From Phycisphaeraceae bacterium (GTDB lineage Bacteria; Planctomycetota; Phycisphaerae; Phycisphaerales; Zrk34): DNA of 16,987 nt. The stretch lies in contig JBBDRF010000074.1 in NCBI GenBank assembly GCA_040905565.1, positions 1 through 16,987 of the forward strand, read 5' to 3'. Numbering within the stretch: the first letter of the stretch is position 1; the number at the start of each line of letters is the position of its first letter. Made by a program: the position numbers and the translations under genes. Positions 7,562-15,568 of this stretch are shown piece by piece. The notes below the pieces were generated by a model that saw only the letters and a program-made list of their open reading frames with translations, did no database searches and was not told where the DNA came from.

Positions 7562-10462
7562 CTGCGCTCCCTGCTCGACCGTTTCGACGCTCAGCGCTTC
7601 TTCGTCAATCGGCTCATGCGTGAGCACCAGCGTCACCGGATTGACCAGGTATTCACGTGCGATGCGGTGAAGCGTCTCCGCGTCAACGGCATCGACCGCC
7701 GCGCGGAAGCGTTTGCCTTCCGGATCATGCACCCCATAGAGTTCGTCGAGGGCCGCGTTCATCGCCCGGTCGCTGTTGCTCTGCTTGCCGAAGAACTCGC
7801 CGGTGAGCACGCCGGCCTTGGCACGGGCGAGCTCATCCTCACCGATCTCACCATGCTTGGCCCGGTCGACCACCGCCATCGAGCGTTGCAATGCCTCCGG
7901 CACGAGGTCGGGCGAACTGTTGAACGTGATTTCGAAGTAGCCTGGCATGATGCCGGTGACCAGCCTGGCCCACTGCGCATACGCCAGGCCTGGCCCCTCC
8001 CCGCGCAGCGCCTGGTTCAGCCAACCGCTGGGGAACTGGCTCATCAGTCGGGAGAGCACGAGCATGCCCGCGTAGTCTTCATGAGCGCGATCGATCACCG
8101 GGCCCATGCCGATCTTCACCGCCGCCACCTGCTTGCGCGTCTCCATCTGCTTGAGCAACGCGCTCGGCATCGTTGGCGCCTTGGCTTCAAACGGCTGCGG
8201 CGCTTCGGCGGGGATCGAGCCAAACCATTCGGCCACGCGAACGAGCACCTTGTCCGGATCGACATCGCCCACCACCGCGATAACCATCTCGTTGCCGCCA
8301 AGCTGCGACGCATGGAAGTCCCGCAGATCATCCACCGTCAGCCGTCGAACAACCTCCGGCCGACCGAGCGGGCTTTGCGACCATGGATGATCGCCGTAAT
8401 AAGCCTCACGAAAGTGCTGGCTCAACTCGCCGTACCACGAGTTCGACTCCCGGGCGATGCTCGCCAGGACGCGCGGCTGCAATCGCTCCCACTCCTCTTC
8501 CGCAAACGCCGGCTCCAGCAACACCTCCGCCAGCAACCCCATCACCGTCGGCCAGTCTTCCGCGAGGGACGACGCTTGCGCGTAAGTCGTATTGTTGCCC
8601 GTCTGCGTGCTCATCGACGCGCCGAGGCTCTCAATTGCCGTGGCCAGTTCCTGCGCATCGCGCTGCTGCGTGCCGCGCATCAACATTTGCGCCGTCGCAT
8701 TGGCCACCCCTTCCTCGCCATGCGATTCGCCGAGCAGCCCGCCCTTCCAGAACACCTGCATCGACACCGCTGGCACGACCGTCGAACGCTGCACCAGCAG
8801 CCGAATACCGTTGTCCAGTTCGTACTGCTTCAGCGGATCGACCTGCACCGGCGTCACCTCATCCGCCGGGTCGGCCAGCGTTTCACGCAGTCGCTCCAAA
8901 GTGCGGGCGTTGTCGAGATCAATCGCCTCCTGCTCGAAGGCGTCAACGTTTTGCTCCGCGTCTGGGCGGGTCAGCGGTGTTGGGCCATGTTCCTCATCGT
9001 ACGGCAACAAACGCACGGTGATCAGCCGATGGGGCACAAGGTAACGCTGCGCCGCCTGCTGGACGTCCTCGGGCGTGAGTTCCTGAATCGCATCGGCGTA
9101 GCGAGGAAGATAGTCCGGATCACCCCTGCCGATCACATCGCGTGCGAGGCGCGAGGCAACGCCCTCGGCGGTCTGGTTCGCGCTGATCACCTGGGCCATG
9201 ATGCGTCGCTTCGCACGAGCCAGTTCGTCTTCTGTGATGCCTTCTTCAATGATCCGATACACCTCGCTCAGCACGATGTGCCGCACGAATCCGGCACGCG
9301 ATTCCTCTTGCGCCTTTTCGGGGAGCTCATCGGGCGGCAGCGGCTCGCCCGTTTCGCTGTCGATGATCCGGCCTGCCAGATCAAACTCAGCAATTTCCGC
9401 GTCGATTCCGAAGAAACCCTCGCCCCAGTCGAAGCTGAGGTTGTAGGCACTGATGTTGTTGACCATGCGCTCGTCGTCGCGCACTTCGCGCACGAGTCGG
9501 CTGGTCTCCCCCTGACCGAGGACCGTGCCCAGCACGTCGAGCGCGTAGTCATCTTCGCCGCCAAGCCGGGTGCCCGGCCAAGCGAGGCGCACGCGCGGTC
9601 GGCTGATGTCGGCGCGCCCCGTCAACTCACGCGGCTCGTCCAGTTCCGGCTCGACCGGGAAACTCAGCTCCGGCAGCTCGCGCGGCTTGGCGTCACCCCA
9701 GAGGGCGGTGATCTGTTCGATCACCGCATCCTTGTCGATATCGCCGGCGACGACCATGACCAGGTTGTTCGGTGGGTACATCCGCTGATAAAAGTCGTGA
9801 AGCTCGTCGCGCGTGATCTGCTTGAACTCATCGATGTAGCCGATGGTCGGGTGGCGGGCGGGGTGGGCGGTGTAGCGCGCCTGCTGCGTGAGCCGCCAGA
9901 GGATGCGGCCGGGGTCGCCCTCGCCCATGGAAAACTCTTGCAGAATCACGTCGTGCTCGCGGTCGACTTCGCTCTGCTCGACCGCACCATGTCTTAGCCA
10001 GTCACTGAGCAGGTCGACGGCCTCGGCGGTGTGCTCGCTGGTGGTGTTGATGTAGTAGCGGACGTTGTCCAGACCGGTGGCGGCGTTCGTCTGCCCGCCG
10101 ATGCGGCCGAGGATCGCGTTGGACTCGGCCTCGCTGCGTGTGGTGGTCGTGCCGCCCGAGAGCATGTGTTCGAGGTAGTGGCTGATGCCGGCCCCGACAA
10201 ACTCCTGCTCATAGATCGAGCCGGTCTTGACCCAGATCTGCGCCGACACCACGGGAGCGGTCGGCAGCTCCTGGGCAATGGCGATCATGCGATTGGGAAG
10301 CTCAACGATCAGTCGGTCGTCGCGATGTTGCAACACGGTGGGCTCCGAAGCGGCGTTCTCGTCGGCGTCGTCGGCACAAGCGGGTGCGGCGGCGGGCAGC
10401 AACCCCATAAGGGCCAGGCTGGCGATCAGCAGGCGACGGCCCCGGTGGCGATGATCGAGCAT
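7547..10462 (-). CDS. M16 family (pitrilysin/PqqL-like) zinc peptidase, fused two-half architecture, with signal peptide
   Basis: HxxEH motif GISHYLEHML, TNAATG, HPTIG in the N-half; inactive C-half (GVANATAQMLMRGT, ALRGEGPGLAY). Signal peptide RGRRLLIASLALMGLLPAAAPACA; AAAGGA Shine-Dalgarno before ATG 10462. Confidence 0.93.
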   Translation of the reverse strand: MLDHRHRGRRLLIASLALMGLLPAAAPACADDADENAASEPTVLQHRDDRLIVELPNRMIAIAQELPTAPVVSAQIWVKTGSIYEQEFVGAGISHYLEHMLSGGTTTTRSEAESNAILGRIGGQTNAATGLDNVRYYINTTSEHTAEAVDLLSDWLRHGAVEQSEVDREHDVILQEFSMGEGDPGRILWRLTQQARYTAHPARHPTIGYIDEFKQITRDELHDFYQRMYPPNNLVMVVAGDIDKDAVIEQITALWGDAKPRELPELSFPVEPELDEPRELTGRADISRPRVRLAWPGTRLGGEDDYALDVLGTVLGQGETSRLVREVRDDERMVNNISAYNLSFDWGEGFFGIDAEIAEFDLAGRIIDSETGEPLPPDELPEKAQEESRAGFVRHIVLSEVYRIIEEGITEDELARAKRRIMAQVISANQTAEGVASRLARDVIGRGDPDYLPRYADAIQELTPEDVQQAAQRYLVPHRLITVRLLPYDEEHGPTPLTRPDAEQNVDAFEQEAIDLDNARTLERLRETLADPADEVTPVQVDPLKQYELDNGIRLLVQRSTVVPAVSMQVFWKGGLLGESHGEEGVANATAQMLMRGTQQRDAQELATAIESLGASMSTQTGNNTTYAQASSLAEDWPTVMGLLAEVLLEPAFAEEEWERLQPRVLASIARESNSWYGELSQHFREAYYGDHPWSQSPLGRPEVVRRLTVDDLRDFHASQLGGNEMVIAVVGDVDPDKVLVRVAEWFGSIPAEAPQPFEAKAPTMPSALLKQMETRKQVAAVKIGMGPVIDRAHEDYAGMLVLSRLMSQFPSGWLNQALRGEGPGLAYAQWARLVTGIMPGYFEITFNSSPDLVPEALQRSMAVVDRAKHGEIGEDELARAKAGVLTGEFFGKQSNSDRAMNAALDELYGVHDPEGKRFRAAVDAVDAETLHRIAREYLVNPVTLVLTHEPIDEEALSVETVEQGAQKPTD

Positions 10463-10589
10463 CAGGCATCCTTTCTCAGGCGGTCGTGGCAAGGCAATAC
10501 TCTACCTGTACCTGCGCGGCAGGTGAAGTGTTCGCCGAACACGATGGGCAGATGAAGGAAAGCTTCGGTGACAAAACGCCCTGCCAACG

Positions 10590-11207
10590 TCACCTTGCCC
10601 CGCGGCGGGCGAGTTCGTCGCGGATGACCTGCACCGCCTCGGCGACGGCTTTTTCCAGATCGTCGTTGATGAGGAATACGTCATACACGCCGCTCTCGCG
10701 GGCCGTGCGAACCTCGTGGCGGGCCTTGGCGAAACGCCGCTGAATGGTCGCTTCATCTTCGCGCTGACGGCTGCGCAGACGCTCGAGCAGCACGTCTTCG
10801 CTCGGCGGCAGCACGAACAGGGCGAACGCCTCGGGCATGTTCTGCTTGACCTGTACCGCGCCCTGCACGTCGATCTCCAGCAGCACCACGCGCCCCTTGG
10901 CGAGGTTCCGCTCCACCGGCTGGCGCGGCGTGCCGTAGCAGTTACCGAATACTTCGGCCCACTCCAGCAAGTCGCCGGCTTCGCGCTGACGGTCGAACGC
11001 GTCACGGGTGATGAAGTGGTAGTCGACGCCTTCCACGTCGCCCTCGGTCTTGGGGCGTGTGGTGTTGGAGACGCTGAAGACGGCTTCGAGTTGATGCTCG
11101 ACGGCACGGGTAATCGTGGTCTTGCCGACGCCGGAGGGGCCGGAAATGATCAGAAGCATGCCGGGGCCGTCAGGCGTCCCAGGGGTTGGGGGAGTGGGGT
11201 CTGCCAT
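10590..11207 (-). CDS. gmk: Guanylate kinase
   Basis: P-loop ISGPSGVGKTT, SVSNTTRP, EGVDYHF, LEWAEVFGNCYGT, LEIDVQGA. Confidence 0.96.
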   Translation of the reverse strand: MADPTPPTPGTPDGPGMLLIISGPSGVGKTTITRAVEHQLEAVFSVSNTTRPKTEGDVEGVDYHFITRDAFDRQREAGDLLEWAEVFGNCYGTPRQPVERNLAKGRVVLLEIDVQGAVQVKQNMPEAFALFVLPPSEDVLLERLRSRQREDEATIQRRFAKARHEVRTARESGVYDVFLINDDLEKAVAEAVQVIRDELARRGAR

Positions 11208-11241
11208 CCGACCGTTATAGCGAATTTACGTGAGGTTGTGG

Positions 11242-12195
11242 TCAATTGTTGGCAGTGACCAGGTAAAGCACCGCCATCCGCACGGCGAGGCCGTGGGCGA
11301 CCTGTTGCAGGATGGCGGAGTTGGGGCCGTCGGCGACGGCGGACTCGATCTCCAGGCCGCGATTCATCGGCCCCGGATGCATGACGAGAATGCCTTTGCG
11401 GGCTCTGGCGAGGCGGCGCTGCGTGAGGCCGAAGGTGGCGGCGTACTCACGTACGGAGGGGAAGGCGGGGCCTTTGAGACGCTCGAACTGAACGCGGAGC
11501 ATGTTGACGACATTGACCCGAGGCAGCACGGCGTCGAGGCTGTAGCAGAGCTCACAGCCCATGTCGCGGAAGGCGTCCGGCAGCAGCGTGGGCGGACCAA
11601 CCAGAATGACCTCAGCCCCGAGCTTGTGGAGACAATGCACATTGGAGCGGGCGACGCGGGAGTGGGCGATGTCGCCGACGATGGCAACGGTCAAGCCGGT
11701 GAAGTCAAACGTGTCGAGACGATCAAAGCGTTTGGCGATGGTATAGGCATCGAGCAGGGCTTGCGTCGGGTGTTCGTGCTGGCCGTCGCCCGCGTTGATG
11801 ACGGAGCATTCGACCGCGCGGGCAAGCTGAGCCGCCGCGCCGCTGAGGTGATGCCGTACGACGATGGCGTCAACGCCCATGGCTTCGATGTTGCGGCCGG
11901 TGTCGCGGAGCGTTTCGCCCTTGCTCGTGCTGGAGCCTTTGCCGGAGAAATCGAGCACGTCGGCGCTGAGTCGGCTCGCGGCGAGGTGGAAGCTGGCACG
12001 TGTGCGCGTTGAATCTTCAAAGAAGAGGTTGACCACGACCTTGCCGCGCAGGGCGGGCACTTTCTTCACACTTCGTGTTGAGACCTGCTCGAACCCACGC
12101 GCGGTCGTCAGCACGTGGCGAATATCCTCGGGCGAAAGCGATTCGAGCCCCAGCAGATGCCGGTGCGGCCAGGGGTGGTCCTCAGCTTGATTCAA
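11242..12195 (-). CDS. pyrB: Aspartate carbamoyltransferase catalytic subunit
   Basis: FFEDSTRTRASF, SKGETL, INAGDGQHEHPTQALLD, GDIAHSRVARS, MHPGPMNRGLEI. Start placed at TTG 12195 behind GGAGG, overlapping the pyrR end. Confidence 0.95.
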   Translation of the reverse strand: MNQAEDHPWPHRHLLGLESLSPEDIRHVLTTARGFEQVSTRSVKKVPALRGKVVVNLFFEDSTRTRASFHLAASRLSADVLDFSGKGSSTSKGETLRDTGRNIEAMGVDAIVVRHHLSGAAAQLARAVECSVINAGDGQHEHPTQALLDAYTIAKRFDRLDTFDFTGLTVAIVGDIAHSRVARSNVHCLHKLGAEVILVGPPTLLPDAFRDMGCELCYSLDAVLPRVNVVNMLRVQFERLKGPAFPSVREYAATFGLTQRRLARARKGILVMHPGPMNRGLEIESAVADGPNSAILQQVAHGLAVRMAVLYLVTANN

Positions 12196-12739
12196 CTTGC
12201 CCCTCCCCTGTGATGGCCCGATCGCCGACGATGTTGATCGCGTCGCATTCATCGGTCGGCTTGAGCTGCACCTTCACCCTGTCGCGCGGTCCGAGGTCGT
12301 TGATGGTCACCGCCGCGTCGTCGGCGGCGATCGGCAGCTCGCGCCCGCCGCGGTCCACCAGCACCGTCAGCCACACGCGTCGCGGTCGTCCAAGGTCCAT
12401 CAACGACTGCAACGCCGCGCGGATCGACCGCCCCGTCATCAGCACGTCATCGACCAGGAGAATGTTCATGCCGTCGATATCGAACGGCACTTCCGTTGTC
12501 CGCACCACCGGCTGCGGGCCGACCTCCGATAGATCATCGCGATACAGCGTGATGTCCAGCGTGCCCACCCGTTCGAGATGCAGCCGCTCGGCCAGCCGGC
12601 GGGCGAGGTCGTCGCCACGGCTGCGGATGCCCACCAGCGCCCACGGTGTATCGGCGTCGGCCGCGAGGCGGCGCTGCAAGCGATCCGCCAGCGCGTCGAT
12701 CAATCCACTGACCTTCTGTTCATCGGCAACGGTGCGCAT
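12182..12739 (-). CDS. pyrR: PyrR-family phosphoribosyltransferase-fold protein (pyr regulator/UPRTase homolog)
   Basis: LVGIRSRG, LDITLYRDD, LLVDDVLMTGRSIRAA, GRP, LVDRGGRELPI; directly upstream of pyrB. Start placed at ATG 12739. Confidence 0.9.
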   Translation of the reverse strand: MRTVADEQKVSGLIDALADRLQRRLAADADTPWALVGIRSRGDDLARRLAERLHLERVGTLDITLYRDDLSEVGPQPVVRTTEVPFDIDGMNILLVDDVLMTGRSIRAALQSLMDLGRPRRVWLTVLVDRGGRELPIAADDAAVTINDLGPRDRVKVQLKPTDECDAINIVGDRAITGEGQVESS

Positions 12740-12745
12740 GGCGAC

Positions 12746-12774
12746 ATGGTACATCGGCATGCAGGAAGGGTCAC
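12746..12774 (-). promoter_or_regulatory. Putative sigma70-type promoter GTGACC-N17-TACCAT, 6 nt before the pyrR ATG
   Basis: Minus strand: GTGACC cttcctgcatgccgatg TACCAT gtcgcc ATG; no Shine-Dalgarno. Confidence 0.55.
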
Positions 12775-12787
12775 ATTGACGCAGCAG

Positions 12788-13894
12788 TCAGAGGCCAAGG
12801 TCTTCATACACCGCAACGAGCACCGCGCGCATCCGCCGTTGGTGCTTCGGCTCGCCCGGCATGCCGTTGCAGACCAGCGCGACGACCAGGCCGTGCTCCG
12901 GATCAACAAACGCGGTGGACGACTGGCTGCCGCTGTGGCCGAAGCTGCGCTCGCTCGCCCGATCGCCAAAACCATACGGCACGGTGTCAGCGCCGTATCG
13001 CTTGGAGTCGACCATGAACCCGAGGCCCCAGTCCATTGTGTGGCGAAACGTGTGGTCGTAGAGGCTCACGCGATGGCGGGCGGTGAACAGGCGGACCGTG
13101 TCGGGCTGCACGATGCGCCGGCCGTTAAGCTCGCCACCATTGAGCAGCATTTCGTAAAACCGGCCGAGCTCGCGTGTCGGCCCGTAGCCGTTGCCGCCGG
13201 GCCGGGCATGGGTGATCCACGCCTTTTGCTCGGCGGGCGCGACCCACGGCTTTTGTTCGCCTTTGGCCGTGTCCATCATCACGGCAATGCGGTCGGCGTA
13301 AGCGTCGTATCGCTCGGGCGGCATGCCAATCCACGAATTGTTGATGCCGATGGGCTCGAAGATGTGAGCCCGGACGTAATCGGAAATGGGCTCACCACTG
13401 ACGCGTCGCACCAGTTCGCCGAGGACGAACCAGCTCGTGTGCGTGTGGTAGCCCGCCTTCTCGCCCGGCTCCCAATCGCGCTCGATGGGCATGGCACAGA
13501 TCTTTTCGATGATCGTGTCCCAGTCGTCCTGCGGGTAGTCGAAGCGCGGCGGCCGAAACCCGCCGGTGTGCGTCAGCAGGTGGCGAAGCGTGACGCGATC
13601 TTTGCCGTGCTGGCCAAAGTCGGGCAGGTAGCGGGCGACACGGGCGTCGAGGTCGAGCTTGCCTTGCTCGACCTGCTGGGCAACGGCAATCGCTGTGATC
13701 GGCTTGGTCGAACTCATCCAGAGCACGAGGTGCTCGGGCGTCATCGCCACACCGGGCCGAGCTTCACCGATCGCAACATCAGCCACCGGTTCACCATGGC
13801 GGGAGACATAAAGCTGCGCACCGATATGCAAGCCGGCGTCGATGCCCCGCTCAAGTCGACCCACAGCCGCAGGCAGTATTTCGTTCACCGTCAT
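12788..13894 (-). CDS. Beta-lactamase-fold serine hydrolase (family VIII esterase/AmpC-like), no signal peptide
   Basis: SxxK motif (MSSTK), TLRHLLTHTGG, WEPGEKAGYH, FGHSG, FVDPEHGLVVA. Confidence 0.88.
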   Translation of the reverse strand: MTVNEILPAAVGRLERGIDAGLHIGAQLYVSRHGEPVADVAIGEARPGVAMTPEHLVLWMSSTKPITAIAVAQQVEQGKLDLDARVARYLPDFGQHGKDRVTLRHLLTHTGGFRPPRFDYPQDDWDTIIEKICAMPIERDWEPGEKAGYHTHTSWFVLGELVRRVSGEPISDYVRAHIFEPIGINNSWIGMPPERYDAYADRIAVMMDTAKGEQKPWVAPAEQKAWITHARPGGNGYGPTRELGRFYEMLLNGGELNGRRIVQPDTVRLFTARHRVSLYDHTFRHTMDWGLGFMVDSKRYGADTVPYGFGDRASERSFGHSGSQSSTAFVDPEHGLVVALVCNGMPGEPKHQRRMRAVLVAVYEDLGL

Positions 13895-13916
13895 AGCGTT
13901 TAGCAGCCGCCCCGCG

Positions 13917-15275
13917 TCACTGCCCGATCACCGCCAGGCTGACGTACTTCTCTTTGCGCACGCGCGATTCAAAGTCGTCCCAGAACTTGTTGACGATCGT
14001 TCGCACCGCCCAGTTCGCGCCGTCGGCGAGGCCGCAGATGGTCGTGCCGGGCATCGAGCCCATCGAGCCCGACAGTTCCAGCAGCATGTCCAGGTCCTTC
14101 GTCGTGCCGTCGCCGGCCTCAATGCGCTTGAGAATCTGGTACATCCAGCCCGTGCCCTCGCGACATGGCGTGCACTGCCCGCAGCTTTCATGCGCGAAGA
14201 AGCGAGCCACATTGCGGGCCACGGCGACCATGTCCGTGTCTTCGTCCATCACGATCACGCCGGCCGTGCCCAGGCCGAGGCAGGCGTGTTTCTTGCCGAT
14301 GTCGAAATCGAGCTCCGCGTCGTACTGGTCGGCGCTGAGGATGCCCATGGAGATGCCGCCGGGGATGGCGGCCTTGAACTTCTTGCCGCCGCGCACGCCG
14401 CCGCAGTAGTTTTCGATCAGGTCGGACATTTTGATGCCAAGGTTTTCCTCGTACACGCCGGGCCGTTCGACATGACCCGACACGCCGAACAGCTTGGGCC
14501 CGAAGCTGGCGGGTACCTGCGGCGGCGTGCCTTCAGGCCGACCCTTGCCCATGGACTGGAACCACTCGGGCCCGTGCTCGATGATCGGCGTGACCATCGC
14601 GAGCGTTTCGACGTTGTTAATGATCGTCGGCCGACCAAACGCACCGGCGACGGCGGGGAACGGCGGCTTGATGCGCGGCCAGCCTCGCTTACCTTCCAGC
14701 GATTCGAGCAGGCCGGTCTCTTCACCACAGATGTAGGCGCCCGCGCCGCGATGCAGGTAGAGGTTCGGCGTGCGGCCGTTGACCTTGCCCATGCGCGAGC
14801 CGGGACCGAAGATATTGTTGGCGTAGGCTTCCTTGATCGCGTTCTCGAACACCTCGCGCTGATGGTGATATTCACCGCGGATGTAGAAGTAGGCCGTGTC
14901 AAGCTGGCAGGCATACATGCAGATGGCGATGCCTTCGATCGTCATGTGCGGGTCGAAATCGATCAGCAGGCGATCCTTGAACGTCGCCGGCTCCGACTCG
15001 TCAGCGTTGATTGCAAGATAGCGCGGCCCATCGTCCAGCGGCGGAAGGAAGCTCCACTTCATGCCGGCCGGGAAACCCGCCCCACCACGGCCTCGCAATT
15101 CGGCAGCCTTGACGATGTCGATGACTTCCTTCGGCTCCATGCCGACGGCTTTCTCCAGCGACGTGTAGCCGCCGGTTTTCACGTACTCGTCATACGTGAT
15201 GAGCTTGCGGTCGGCGGGGTCGCCCCACGGCGGCGTGGGGATGCGCTTGGTCAGGACGGGTTCATTCAGCGGCAT
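13917..15275 (-). CDS. nuoF: NADH-quinone oxidoreductase subunit F
   Basis: LRGRGGAGFPAGMKW, NADESEP, GAGAYICGEET, KPPFPA, INNVET, ESCGQCTPCREG, TICGLADG. Confidence 0.97.
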   Translation of the reverse strand: MPLNEPVLTKRIPTPPWGDPADRKLITYDEYVKTGGYTSLEKAVGMEPKEVIDIVKAAELRGRGGAGFPAGMKWSFLPPLDDGPRYLAINADESEPATFKDRLLIDFDPHMTIEGIAICMYACQLDTAYFYIRGEYHHQREVFENAIKEAYANNIFGPGSRMGKVNGRTPNLYLHRGAGAYICGEETGLLESLEGKRGWPRIKPPFPAVAGAFGRPTIINNVETLAMVTPIIEHGPEWFQSMGKGRPEGTPPQVPASFGPKLFGVSGHVERPGVYEENLGIKMSDLIENYCGGVRGGKKFKAAIPGGISMGILSADQYDAELDFDIGKKHACLGLGTAGVIVMDEDTDMVAVARNVARFFAHESCGQCTPCREGTGWMYQILKRIEAGDGTTKDLDMLLELSGSMGSMPGTTICGLADGANWAVRTIVNKFWDDFESRVRKEKYVSLAVIGQ

Positions 15276-15318
15276 ATCGATGCTTCCGTGGCGGTCTTGA
15301 GGGCCCGCGGCTAAACGG

Positions 15319-15513
15319 TCAATTGTGTTGCTCGGGGTCGGGGCGAACTTCGATCTCGTCGATGGTCGTGCGTCGCAAGGTGATGTTCCGGTTCACCGTT
15401 CTCTGTTCGACCATGCGGTTGATCTCGCGCTTCTGCTTGTCGTCTTTGACAGGCTTGGCGATGTGGTGAATCGTCAGGCCGGCGTTTCGGCAAAGGCGGT
15501 TGAACCAGGTCAT
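15319..15513 (-). CDS. Small hypothetical protein (64 aa) between nuoE and nuoF
   Basis: Co-directional ORF filling most of the 293-bp nuoE-nuoF gap; ATG preceded by GGGGTGG; mostly C/G third codon positions (TTC, AAC, ATC, AAG, GAC). Confidence 0.7.
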   Translation of the reverse strand: MTWFNRLCRNAGLTIHHIAKPVKDDKQKREINRMVEQRTVNRNITLRRTTIDEIEVRPDPEQHN

Positions 15514-15527
15514 GAGCTTTCCACCCC

Positions 15528-15556
15528 GAAGCTCACAGCGTCACGCTGTGGGCTTC
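15528..15556. repeat. REP-like hairpin, copy 3 (minus strand GAAGCCCACAGCG-TGA-CGCTGTGAGCTTC)
   Basis: 13-bp stem with one mismatch; same arms and TGA loop as copy 1. Confidence 0.8.
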
Positions 15557-15568
15557 CACACTTTCACG

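Noticed and set aside
7427..9997. 856-aa plus-strand ORF antisense to the M16 peptidase, and similar long antisense ORFs (3307-4497, 12578-13903, 13842-15314, 1325-2503)
   Set aside because: Shadow ORFs expected from GC-rich codon bias; no recognisable motifs, and each fully overlaps a well-supported gene.
10510..10524. Hairpin ACCTGC-gcg-GCAGGT between gmk and the M16 peptidase
   Set aside because: Only 6 bp with no U-tract; not distinguishable from chance.
1445..12760. Longer ORF-track starts for gluQ (1445), DUF192 (2596), ribE (5326), oxidoreductase (5269), isomerase (6616), M16 (10492), pyrB (12252), pyrR (12760)
   Set aside because: Extensions overlap neighbours, repeats or promoter motifs; downstream starts match family N-termini or have SD/-10 support.
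12788..13894. Antibiotic-resistance beta-lactamase call
   Set aside because: No signal peptide, and motifs (GYH, FGHSG rather than YxN/KTG) fit cytoplasmic family VIII esterases; resistance is not supported.
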